A stretch of DNA of 64,000 bases from Minisyncoccota bacterium (GCA_041663025.1 JBAZRE010000002.1:27703-91702), one strand, 5' to 3'; counted from the stretch's first letter, positions 54,215 to 63,397 are shown. A program made the numbers and translations. The notes: generated from the sequence alone by a model not told the origin.

Positions 54215-54997
54215 ATGATCATCATGAGGATCAGAGACGTGCGGCTTATCATGGGCATGCCCATAGAAATTGAGATTGTAGATGACAGCGCGAGAGACAC
54301 ACTCGAATCCGCCTTCGCATATCTCGTGTCTGTCGATGAACGTTTCAGTACGTATAAAGAAGACAGTGAAATTTCGCGTATCAATCGCAGTGAGATTGAA
54401 TCAGATGTCGTGAGTGTCGAGATGCGGGAAGTTTTTGCCATCGCTGAGAAGACAAGAATAGAAACAAACGGATACTTTAATATCAAAAAACCTGATAGCA
54501 CTATTGATCCTTCAGGTATTGTGAAGGGATGGGCGATACGCAATGCTGCCGCGCTTATCCGCGAAGCGGGATATGAGCATTATTTTGTGAATGCCGGTGG
54601 CGACATTGCGACGAGTGGTAAAAATATCGATGGAGGTGAGTGGAGTGTTGGTATCCGCAATCCCTTCAACAGTAATGAAATTGTGAAAGTGGTCTATCCA
54701 CACGGGAAGGGTATCGCAACCTCTGGTTCATATATCCGGGGGAATCATATCTACAATCCCCACAATACAAAAGAAGAGTTGCATGACATCGTGAGCATCA
54801 CGGTCATAGGCCCTGATGTTCTTGAAGCCGATCGTTTTGCGACTGCAGCGTTTGCAATGGGAAAGGGCGGCATCACTTTTATTGCACAACTATCGGGTTT
54901 TGAAGGCTACGCCATAAATGTGGACGGTATTGCTACGATGACGAGCGGCTTCGCCGAATATACAAATCCGCAAGGTGACACCTTACGGCAACCGTAA
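54215..54997 (+). CDS. apbE: FAD:protein FMN transferase
   Basis: MG, FSTY..DSEISRIN, D..G..KGW, AGGD, ATSG, AD.FATA. Confidence 0.93.
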   Translation: MIIMRIRDVRLIMGMPIEIEIVDDSARDTLESAFAYLVSVDERFSTYKEDSEISRINRSEIESDVVSVEMREVFAIAEKTRIETNGYFNIKKPDSTIDPSGIVKGWAIRNAAALIREAGYEHYFVNAGGDIATSGKNIDGGEWSVGIRNPFNSNEIVKVVYPHGKGIATSGSYIRGNHIYNPHNTKEELHDIVSITVIGPDVLEADRFATAAFAMGKGGITFIAQLSGFEGYAINVDGIATMTSGFAEYTNPQGDTLRQP

Positions 54998-55012
54998 GGT
55001 GTCACCTTGCGG
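54968..55012. repeat. REP-like doublet, family A, overlapping two convergent stop codons
   Basis: ccgcaaggtgacaccttacgg-caa-ccgtaaggtgtcaccttgcgg. Confidence 0.85.
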
Positions 55013-55232
55013 AGTGCGCAGGGAGCCAGTTCATCACTACCTTGCGGTGTTGATCGAGCGACCATGAGTCACTGTGCTTGAAAAGCGTTGCATGTCCCTT
55101 TCTAAACTCTCGTAAGAGCGGTAATGAAGCACGGGGAAATTCAAAAGGGAGACCCTCGTTATAGGACTTTAAAAAGGCGGGAAGTGAGAGGAGTTTCTCG
55201 CTCCGTTCTCGATCGAGGTCAGGTGATCTCAT
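55002..55232 (-). CDS. Small hypothetical protein
   Basis: MRSPD...WSLDQHRK.VM.WL. Confidence 0.6.
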   Translation of the reverse strand: MRSPDLDRERSEKLLSLPAFLKSYNEGLPFEFPRASLPLLREFRKGHATLFKHSDSWSLDQHRKVVMNWLPAHSAR

Positions 55233-55265
55233 TACCCCTGATAATACCACGAACTTTATACTAAA

Positions 55266-55916
55266 TCAATTCGTCCGTTTAATTCTGGCAAAGATGACGT
55301 AAGAATATATAATGCTGATCAAAGTGGCGGCGATGATCGGAATGAGGATGAACCAAGTGGCAACTTTTGGCGATACGAAAATGCCCGCAAAGATGAAGAG
55401 TGCTGCGACTTCGAAGAGTGTGCCACCAAGCCTGTGCGTCTTGTCCCAAACGATGTCGTCCGAGATAGTCCATGGAGTACGGATGCCGATGAACCAATTG
55501 CGCTTCATATAGGGCATGAGCGCGCCAAGGATTAATATGAAGAGAGCAAGCGCCGGCAGAGTCATTGTGAGCATGTTGAATTGCCACCCCAGATTAGCTC
55601 CAAGCGAGAGCGCATATACATAGGCAAGAAAGGCGATAAGCAAAAAGAAGAAGAAGTCATAGACATAGCGGAAACTCTTAAATCCTGGTGCGATCGGGTC
55701 AATACGTGGTAGAAACGACCACAGGCCAGAGAATGCGAGCATCATAAGCGGCAAGAGGAATGTACCCCAGAATTTGCCCATCGTGCCGTTTGCCCGCCCT
55801 GCGGCGTCCCAATGAGAGATAAGTGTCGCTGACAAATTTGGGTAGACAATGACCCCAGTCGCAATACACGCGAGAATAATGATGAGCAGGAGAGTGCCGA
55901 CGAAGCGAGGGCTCAT
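55266..55916 (-). CDS. SdpI/DUF1648 family membrane protein
   Basis: HW...G.AN, N.FIGIRTPWT...VW.KTHR.GG. Confidence 0.9.
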   Translation of the reverse strand: MSPRFVGTLLLIIILACIATGVIVYPNLSATLISHWDAAGRANGTMGKFWGTFLLPLMMLAFSGLWSFLPRIDPIAPGFKSFRYVYDFFFFLLIAFLAYVYALSLGANLGWQFNMLTMTLPALALFILILGALMPYMKRNWFIGIRTPWTISDDIVWDKTHRLGGTLFEVAALFIFAGIFVSPKVATWFILIPIIAATLISIIYSYVIFARIKRTN

Positions 55917-55985
55917 GGGGGAAGTATACCAAATATCCGAGGTGTAAATACAAAAATCTCCGTCGGCTTGATAGCGCGACGGAGA

Positions 55986-56540
55986 TTATAACTTATTGAT
56001 TCGATTCAGTGCCTTTTTACTGGCGTTTAGGCACCGTTTCAAATCAGCCATATCTTTTTCACTCGCTCCACGTGCTTGTGAAAGTTCAATGACTTGGTGG
56101 AGGTGGTGGAGACAGTCTCCCAGGAAAGAGAGACGCAGAGTCTTTCTTAAATGGGCAAGGGTCTTCCGTGCGAGTGGTGTCAGTTTCAGTTTTTCTGCCT
56201 CATCGAGATCAAACCATCGAAGCTCGACAATTCCTTCTCGCACTAATGGCGTGGGCGGCTTATCTCCAAAGTAGTGTCCGATGGAGATGTCGAAAACATA
56301 CAGGGCGCCACTCTTCTGCCACTCATGGCAACTAAACAGCAACTGTTGGTCAAAAATTTCCTCAAGTTTGGATTCCTCCCACACCTCTCTCGTTACAGTT
56401 CGATGCCTCCCCCGGTCTTCTTTTTCCCGGTGGCCACCTAACAGCCACCACTGGCCGTCTTTGAGGGCCAAGAGGATTTGTTTCTTTGCGTTAAGCAAGG
56501 CCACCAACGCAATGGTGTGCAATGACATTTTTTTGTGCAT
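55986..56540 (-). CDS. NUDIX hydrolase (divergent)
   Basis: GG..E.......REVWEE. Own TTGACG promoter, SD and terminator. Confidence 0.75.
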   Translation of the reverse strand: MHKKMSLHTIALVALLNAKKQILLALKDGQWWLLGGHREKEDRGRHRTVTREVWEESKLEEIFDQQLLFSCHEWQKSGALYVFDISIGHYFGDKPPTPLVREGIVELRWFDLDEAEKLKLTPLARKTLAHLRKTLRLSFLGDCLHHLHQVIELSQARGASEKDMADLKRCLNASKKALNRINKL

Positions 56541-56693
56541 ACCTCACGCCCCCTTTCTTGTTATATTTGTTTTTTGTCAAAAAACTTGTTTACTCGATTC
56601 CATCGGGTATATAACCATTTTTAACACCCCGCGTCAACCGATCAAGGTGACCTTGTCTTCTCGCGGTTGAAGAGGATGTTCTATTCGTAACGG

Positions 56694-58154
56694 TTATGCA
56701 AATAGTAATCTGAATACCGTACCCTCATTTTCTTTTGATTCGAAAGAGATTCCAACATTAATTTTATCGGCTATCTTCTTTGTCATGTAGAGTCCCATGC
56801 CGCTACCATCCTTAATGAGAGACGTTACATTATCTCCTCTGAAATTACTTTTTAATATTTGAGATTGCTGCTTATCTGGTATTCCGTATCCAGAGTCTCT
56901 CACGATGATTGTCAGTGTTGGTTTCGCGATGGCCGTGATTTCAACATTACTGTTTGGCCGAGAATACTTGATGGCGTTGCTTAAGATATTTTCAAATACG
57001 ATACTCAGGAGTTGTTGATCAGATTTGATACAGGGAAGGATCATCCCCTCGACCCTGTTGGTGATCGAGACGTTTCTTTCTTTTGCAATTCGTTCGAGCT
57101 CCGTGATTGTCTCTTGGATGAGTACCGTGGGGTCAACACTCTCTTCTTTCACCTCCGCGATCCCGAGCTCAATTTTGGTCACGTTCAGAAGCGTGTCAAT
57201 GATTTTTTTCATCCGGAAGACCGCATGGCTGATGTCATCGGTATAGCGATGATACAGGGGAAAACTGGTTGAAAAAGATACATCAGTCTTCATCATGTCG
57301 GCGGAGAGAAGAATAACTGAGAGAGGGTTCTTGAGTTGATGTGAAGCGAGAGATAAGAATTCACTTTTTGCGATATTGAGATCGTTCAGATTTTTGAACA
57401 TAAGACGGTACGGCTCCATCATGTTGATTTCGATCAGGCCGGCATAGAGAAAGAAGAAGGTGATGATTTTGAATATGTGCCCGAGTAGATTGAACTCATC
57501 GGTTACGGCGAAGTAGAGCGTGAACATGAATTCAGAGATTATCGCTGATACGATAGCGAAGACGATATAGCGATATACCTCTCGATCAAGCCGATCCCTC
57601 TTCGTATAGAAGCCATAGAGTGCTCCACCCATCATGAGAATGATGACATATTCGCTGTAGATCTTAAACGACGTGAGCCCGCGACCTTCAATATAGGCAT
57701 CGGGGAAGAGGTGAAAAGTGAAGAAGAGGAGGAGGATAGCCGCGAGGATACCGATCATTCCGTAGAGGATGAACTCTTTCTTTTTTATTTTGTCAGCAAC
57801 AAAAGGGGCAGCGAGGAGTGCAATGCTGAAAAAGTAGCGACCAATAAGCCAGAGCTGCGTCGGCATATTGGCGGTTATGTTCTCAAATATAAAAACTCCT
57901 TTGAATGCGAATGTGTGAAGTGAATCGATGACCGCTAGAGGGAGCATCGCCATCGCGACAAAGAATAGGGTTTTGTTGTCGAGATAGTTTCGCGAATTCC
58001 ACGCCACGATGAAGATGGTAAAGGCGACCACGATGCTCAAGAGCTCGGCGAAGCTGTGGAAGAGGAGGTAATTATATAAATGGAGAGAATAGACCAGCGC
58101 TAGGATCAACAGCAACTGTAGATAGGTGCCATACGTTTTGAGGAAGCGGAACAT
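56694..58154 (-). CDS. MASE3-domain sensor histidine kinase
   Basis: YLLFHSFAE..S, SHQLKNPL, NAIKYS, DSGYGI, GSGMGL. Confidence 0.92.
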   Translation of the reverse strand: MFRFLKTYGTYLQLLLILALVYSLHLYNYLLFHSFAELLSIVVAFTIFIVAWNSRNYLDNKTLFFVAMAMLPLAVIDSLHTFAFKGVFIFENITANMPTQLWLIGRYFFSIALLAAPFVADKIKKKEFILYGMIGILAAILLLFFTFHLFPDAYIEGRGLTSFKIYSEYVIILMMGGALYGFYTKRDRLDREVYRYIVFAIVSAIISEFMFTLYFAVTDEFNLLGHIFKIITFFFLYAGLIEINMMEPYRLMFKNLNDLNIAKSEFLSLASHQLKNPLSVILLSADMMKTDVSFSTSFPLYHRYTDDISHAVFRMKKIIDTLLNVTKIELGIAEVKEESVDPTVLIQETITELERIAKERNVSITNRVEGMILPCIKSDQQLLSIVFENILSNAIKYSRPNSNVEITAIAKPTLTIIVRDSGYGIPDKQQSQILKSNFRGDNVTSLIKDGSGMGLYMTKKIADKINVGISFESKENEGTVFRLLFA

Positions 58155-58334
58155 GGCTCTTCTCCATAGTCTATGCCGAATATCTCTTTCTGCAACCAGC
58201 TCTCAAAAGAGTCTGTGAGCCCTGAGGTGCTCGACATATTTTTCTCAGCGCACAACAACATAGAGCCGGTCATCGTTGGTTGGATCTTGCAAAGGTTTGC
58301 GAATCCACTAAATACTTCGTCAAACTTTACTCAA

Positions 58335-59840
58335 TCATCTCATGTACGCCATCAGCATTCCGATAATGCCGACCAAGACAAGATATGTTATGCAAGGGAT
58401 AAAGACTCCCTTCAGGATCTGCCGTTCCTGATCCTTTACTCCAACAACCGCCTCGGCCGCAAGCATGTCGGCCAATGCTATCATGTTGCCAGCTGCCGCG
58501 CCTACGACTCCTAATGACAAGATGATGCTGACGTTAAAACCAAGAGCTTGTCCTGCGGTATTGAAGAAATTCCCGAACATAATATTTGAAATTGTAGCGC
58601 TGCCGGTTATGAAGCTGCCAAAAGCTCCGACAAACGGTGCAAAGAAAGGCAACCAGCTCGTTTCAAAAACTTTTGCGACGAGCGTAATGGCCGCCGGCAA
58701 GCCAGAATAATTCTGGCCCGAATTGATCATTATTTGAACGAGTGACGACATAAAAACAATTATAAAAAACGGACTTAACGTTCCCCAGAACGCACTGGTG
58801 ACTGAAGATGAAAAAATCCTTTTTCCACTTTTCCATATAAAAATGGCCACTAATCCAGCAATCATAAAGGCGAAGCCGGGATTAAACAGATTGAAAGTTT
58901 GAGCTGTTATGAATGTGAAAGGAATGTTGACGCCGCTCAACATAAGTTTGCCGACGATCAGAAACAAAACCAAAAGGCCGTAGGGCAAAAAAGCTCTGAA
59001 GGCAGACATGGTTTGAGTCAAGGACTGTTTTCCTTCTAGAGATAAGACGTTCTTGGGTGTGAAGATTCTCAATTTGGTTGAGGCCATAACCAGAAGCAAC
59101 CCGACGATTGAACCGATGATCGAAGGGAGTTCTTGTCCAAAAAACGTCGCGATCAACAATGATGGAATGACGAATGCGATGCCAGACCAGATCGCAAACG
59201 GCAACCCGTCAAAAAATTCTTCCCTTCTGTTTTTGCGACTGGACGTGATTACCCAAAGCATAAAAACAGGCACGATAAAGCCGATGCAGTTTATAAGTGC
59301 CGAGAGATAGGGGACCATAGAAACGTCTAGTCCAGCAAAACCTGTTCGAATCGGCGTCCCGGCAGCTCCGAAAACTACTGAGGCGCTATTGCCTAAGAGC
59401 GCGACTACCAAGGCGCTGATGACCGGCAAGCCTAGGCCTATGAGGAGCGGGGCAACAACGGCCACAGGAGTTCCGAACCCAGCCGTTCCTTCTATGAAAT
59501 TTTCAAAAAACCAGGCCAATATGATTATTTGTACCCGGTAATCTTTTGAGAAGTGCTCCAGATAATACGAGATATTTTTTATTACTCCCAATCCCTGCAT
59601 TATCTTCAAGAAGAAAATTGCCCCAAAAATAATAATGAAAATATCAAAGGCAACAAAAAATCCCTTGGCATAAGAAACTAAAAGCAAATTCTGAAATATT
59701 CTCCAATACCACACTGCCAGAAACGTACCGACAACGAATGTGACGGCAGAAGCTCGCAGAAGAGATGTCTTGACCCAAAGGAGTAGAACAACAAAAATCA
59801 GAAATGGTAGTATCGACAGCGCAATCGGCAGATAAGACAT
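58335..59840 (-). CDS. lctP: L-lactate permease
   Basis: FIEG.AGFGTP, FGA.GTP, GSFITGS.T.SN. Confidence 0.9.
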   Translation of the reverse strand: MSYLPIALSILPFLIFVVLLLWVKTSLLRASAVTFVVGTFLAVWYWRIFQNLLLVSYAKGFFVAFDIFIIIFGAIFFLKIMQGLGVIKNISYYLEHFSKDYRVQIIILAWFFENFIEGTAGFGTPVAVVAPLLIGLGLPVISALVVALLGNSASVVFGAAGTPIRTGFAGLDVSMVPYLSALINCIGFIVPVFMLWVITSSRKNRREEFFDGLPFAIWSGIAFVIPSLLIATFFGQELPSIIGSIVGLLLVMASTKLRIFTPKNVLSLEGKQSLTQTMSAFRAFLPYGLLVLFLIVGKLMLSGVNIPFTFITAQTFNLFNPGFAFMIAGLVAIFIWKSGKRIFSSSVTSAFWGTLSPFFIIVFMSSLVQIMINSGQNYSGLPAAITLVAKVFETSWLPFFAPFVGAFGSFITGSATISNIMFGNFFNTAGQALGFNVSIILSLGVVGAAAGNMIALADMLAAEAVVGVKDQERQILKGVFIPCITYLVLVGIIGMLMAYMR

Positions 59841-59865
59841 TTTCTCTATAATAACCTATTCAAAT

Positions 59866-60288
59866 TCACTTATTCTGAAACGGTTGGCATTTCTGGCAGA
59901 GACAACCCTTCGGCTTGAGGTGCATATCGAAGTACTCGGTGTCATAGTCGTAGGTGAGTTCTTCACTTGCCTTGATGTTTTTCTTGGCGAAGACATAAAT
60001 TCTGCGATTTCGTATATCTATCTCACAGTTCGGCGCACAGGAGTGGTTGATAAAACGCGCTTTGTTTTCTTTAATGTTTCCGTTAATCATCGTACTGTCG
60101 CTCGTCCAGAAAAGGTATTTACCTCGATTCGCTTTTTGTTCAGCCGGAGTAGCCGGCCGCCCTGTATATTCAATAATGCATGCGCCTCTCGGTATAGCTT
60201 CTTCAGCGAACATGCCAAGGCCAGTGCGCGAACGCCCGACGCGAAGCGCATATGTTCCCGGTACAAACCTTCTACGAATCTTTTTCAT
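59866..60288 (-). CDS. SET domain protein (second paralog)
   Basis: GLGMFA, RFINHSCAPN, ELTYDY, CLCQKC. Confidence 0.92.
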   Translation of the reverse strand: MKKIRRRFVPGTYALRVGRSRTGLGMFAEEAIPRGACIIEYTGRPATPAEQKANRGKYLFWTSDSTMINGNIKENKARFINHSCAPNCEIDIRNRRIYVFAKKNIKASEELTYDYDTEYFDMHLKPKGCLCQKCQPFQNK

Positions 60289-60388
60289 CTCGCTTCCTAC
60301 AATACCATTGAAAATTTACTCCGCTGGGTAGGGGATGTTCGAACCTGTGGGATATAGGGAAAGAGAAATTCGTGTGTCGACCTCAGAT

Positions 60389-60601
60389 TTAAGGAGTAGG
60401 TGTGGGGCTTGTTACGGGATTTTGTGGAAGCGTTACGTTGATATTGGTTCCACCGCTCGTAGCAGGTGCTGTACCGCGGTAATGCAGCCAGAAGTATGCC
60501 CCGACGCCAATGACTGCAAGAAGTATGAGGACTGCGACCGCCCAGCCGGCACCACTGTCTCCACCGTCTGTATTTGAAGGAGTATTAATTACGGTCGTCA
60601 T
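60389..60601 (-). CDS. Small single-TM protein
   Basis: TM followed by TNINVTLP. Confidence 0.65.
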   Translation of the reverse strand: MTTVINTPSNTDGGDSGAGWAVAVLILLAVIGVGAYFWLHYRGTAPATSGGTNINVTLPQNPVTSPTPTP

Positions 60602-60781
60602 AATGTGATAGTTGTTAAGATAATAATATTAAAGTAGCTCTATAGCTCTAAGATTAGAGCCGTTTCTGCGAGAAAGGCATTACAAAACGAAGAGAGCTGT
60701 AATAATTTCTTTTTGCATCCGGCAAGTTATTAGTGAGAACGGCTCGGGGAATGAATTGAATTATTCATTTATATTTCTACT

Positions 60782-60967
60782 ATGGACGACCAACACATTA
60801 AGGACGCACAGGCAGACACTGCAGATGAGAAGGCTAAGGAAGCGGAAAAAATAGCAGGAGAAGCTCACGAGTCTGCTGCAGACGCGCATAAAGTTGCGGC
60901 AGATGCTCACGAAGCGAGAGCTGAAGCAGAGAAAACAGAGGAAGAAGAGGAGAAAAACGCCAGTTGA
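60782..60967 (+). CDS. Small acidic Ala/Glu-rich protein
   Basis: Heptad ADAH repeats, followed by a terminator. Confidence 0.6.
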   Translation: MDDQHIKDAQADTADEKAKEAEKIAGEAHESAADAHKVAADAHEARAEAEKTEEEEEKNAS

Positions 60968-61008
60968 GAAATAAAAACACCTCTCCTTGTGAGAGGTGTT
61001 TTTATTTC
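60968..61008. terminator. Intrinsic terminator
   Basis: gaaataaaaacacctctc-cttgt-gagaggtgtttttatttc. Confidence 0.8.
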
Positions 61009-61113
61009 TGCTCCGCCTCGCGGACAAGTTCAGAACAGTAAATTTGGTACATGTTGAGAGGGAAGTGAGTCAATTGAGCTGTGATAGAGGATGTTAGAAC
61101 TTGGTACGACGAG

Positions 61114-62991
61114 CTACTTCGTTGTCAAGAAATTATACCAAGGAAGTTGTTCCGACAATGTATCGCCATTCTCGGCGTCTGCGGTTACGGTCTTTTGGCT
61201 ATTAAACGGAATAAACCCGAACAGTTTTCGGCGTTCATCAATCCTCATAGTATAGACCGCTTTCGCATCTTCCTCTTTTAATTCAATTGTTGTCGGTTCA
61301 AGACCAAGTTTTTCTGTTACCTCGCTTGCTGACATTTTCACATCCACACCGCCTACGCTCAATACATTTTCTTTAATCATAACTTCATCCGTGTTCACTT
61401 CCAATCCTTTATCTCGAATAAGAACTTGGTCTGCAGTTGGTTCAATACTCACTGGTCTGTCTCCAATGTTGGCAAGCATTTTTTTCTCCGTAGTTTTTAC
61501 AGATATATCATCGGCTTTAATTTCTCCACGACTTACTTTTACTTCTTTTACTAGAGTATTAAGCTCACTCACTTCCAGCTCATTTCTGCTTTTGATGAGG
61601 TTAGAAATAAGCCCATCTATTTCGTCCCGTAATGCTTTAAGTTCTTGTATTTGTTTTTCTTCTCCTTTTGCAGAAACAGCCTTTTCCAGTCTGGCTTTAT
61701 AGTACGTGCCGATCTCTTGTCCTGATTCAATAACCACTGGTCGTACAGTTTCTGTGATAAATGCTGACCCCGTTGTCGCGGTGGCTCTCGTTATGACGGG
61801 TGTCTTTTCCTGACTGCCACACTGAGCCCTTACTTTTTCAATACCAAATGAAAGTTCTTGAAGGATTTTTCCAATTTCTTCTCGCGAAAATCCACTTTTC
61901 TTTAGTTCATCATCGCTTAAGTCTCTAAGTTTTTTATAGTAGACAATTTTATTTTCCCACTGAGTGACTTCATTACAACGATTCATTGCTACGGCAACTG
62001 GTTTATTTTCTGTTAATAATTGCTGGACTGTTGATGCCGGTTGTATTATTTTTGAGGTTTGTTGCAGGGGTGTATTAATACATTTTTGTTGTTGTGTTGA
62101 AATCTGCTGTTTTAATTCGATTATTTGTTTGGTTATTTCTTCAACTCTTGTTTTATCAGATTCTGATTTTTGTAACTCAATAATAAGTTGATTATATTTC
62201 TGCATTAAACTATCGTTGATATAACATACGGGAGTTGTCCTCGGTATTTCTACTGGTTTTACTGTTGTGGCAACAGGTTTGCTTTCTGTTTCTTTGGGTG
62301 GGGCCCCTACTTGCCAAGCCCTTTGTGGATCCGTGGAGCAGGCTTTCTTTACCTCTGTCATATATTTTTCTTGGTTTTTCAGGGTCTGAGTTAGACTTTC
62401 TATTTTCCCCTCGCTAGATAGCGCTTCTTGTTTTTGTAGTTCAAGAACAGTCTCATTATAATTTTGAGTTAAACGGTCGATGGTTGTGCAGACAGATACC
62501 CATTCTTGTTCCACTATCGGTACTGATGATGGTCCAAGAGGCGTATATCTATTTCCTCCTTCAGTGGTCTCTTTGTAATAATAAATGGGAGTCGGTACTG
62601 GTGTTGAAGCAGTACCTGATACTCCTACGTTTGAGCAATGATTTGCGCATGCTTCTTTTGCATACTGATTCCATAAATCAGCAGGTTTGCACGAAGACTC
62701 TGATGCTCCTAAATTAGTTTCATAACCGTCGTAGCATTGAGCATAAACATTTTTATATACGCCAAGGCCACATTCGTTAGAGACCGAAAAAGAATTCACT
62801 CCGCATTTTATGTTTGGCGAGGTGGCGGCGACGGTTGTTTGTGTAGAAGTAACACCAGGCGTTGTTGATTTTTCGGATGTTGCTGTTGTGGCTGACTGAA
62901 TTGATGTGGCCTGAATTTCTGAAGTTTGCGCTAGCCCGATAACAGGAAATATCATTAAACCAGCAACAGATAAAATTCTTAATATTTTCAT
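61114..62991 (-). CDS. Large secreted Cys/coiled-coil protein with C-terminal KLFGFIP...DAENG...PW motif
   Basis: Signal peptide, low GC, TATAAT-N6-ATG. Confidence 0.8.
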   Translation of the reverse strand: MKILRILSVAGLMIFPVIGLAQTSEIQATSIQSATTATSEKSTTPGVTSTQTTVAATSPNIKCGVNSFSVSNECGLGVYKNVYAQCYDGYETNLGASESSCKPADLWNQYAKEACANHCSNVGVSGTASTPVPTPIYYYKETTEGGNRYTPLGPSSVPIVEQEWVSVCTTIDRLTQNYNETVLELQKQEALSSEGKIESLTQTLKNQEKYMTEVKKACSTDPQRAWQVGAPPKETESKPVATTVKPVEIPRTTPVCYINDSLMQKYNQLIIELQKSESDKTRVEEITKQIIELKQQISTQQQKCINTPLQQTSKIIQPASTVQQLLTENKPVAVAMNRCNEVTQWENKIVYYKKLRDLSDDELKKSGFSREEIGKILQELSFGIEKVRAQCGSQEKTPVITRATATTGSAFITETVRPVVIESGQEIGTYYKARLEKAVSAKGEEKQIQELKALRDEIDGLISNLIKSRNELEVSELNTLVKEVKVSRGEIKADDISVKTTEKKMLANIGDRPVSIEPTADQVLIRDKGLEVNTDEVMIKENVLSVGGVDVKMSASEVTEKLGLEPTTIELKEEDAKAVYTMRIDERRKLFGFIPFNSQKTVTADAENGDTLSEQLPWYNFLTTK

Positions 62992-63058
62992 AACACCATT
63001 ATATCAAATATATCAAACACAATTGGGCTCCGTTGAGTAGAGGGCGTTCAAACCTGTT

Positions 63059-63226
63059 TTAATCAGAATTTTTCTTCTTTTTCTTTATTATACCTACAAT
63101 ACCCGTAATAATTATCAGTAAACCTAATAACTGTCCTCCGGGACTATCATCAATTTCGCCATAGACAAACAGAAACATCCCGAACAGTATTGCGACAATG
63201 AAACACAGCATTTTAATTCTGTCCAT
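63059..63226 (-). CDS. 55-aa two-TM protein (DDSPGGQ), absent from the ORF track
   Basis: MDRIKMLCFIVAILFGMFLFVYGEIDDSPGGQLLG...NSD*. TAGAAT-N6-ATG. Confidence 0.7.
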   Translation of the reverse strand: MDRIKMLCFIVAILFGMFLFVYGEIDDSPGGQLLGLLIIITGIVGIIKKKKKNSD

Positions 63227-63276
63227 ATAAAAATTCTAACACAAATATATATATAGGACTTGTTAACAGAAATTTG

Positions 63277-63348
63277 CTCCGGAGACAGGGATCGAACCTG
63301 TGACCTTACGATTAACAGTCGTTTGCTCTACCGCTGAGCTACTCCGGA
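63277..63348 (-). tRNA. trnN: tRNA-Asn(GTT)
   Basis: TCCGGAGTAGCTCAGCGGTAGAGC..ACGA-CTGTTAA-TCGT..GGTTCGATCCC..CTCCGGAG. Confidence 0.95.
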
Positions 63349-63397
63349 ATACAACTATTCTAGCTTAAAAAGCATTTACCGCAATGGTAGGATAGAG

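Noticed and set aside
55299-55325. Sixth ECF promoter (gtaagaat inside the sdpI-like gene)
   Set aside because: There is no CGT -10 element at the N13 spacing.
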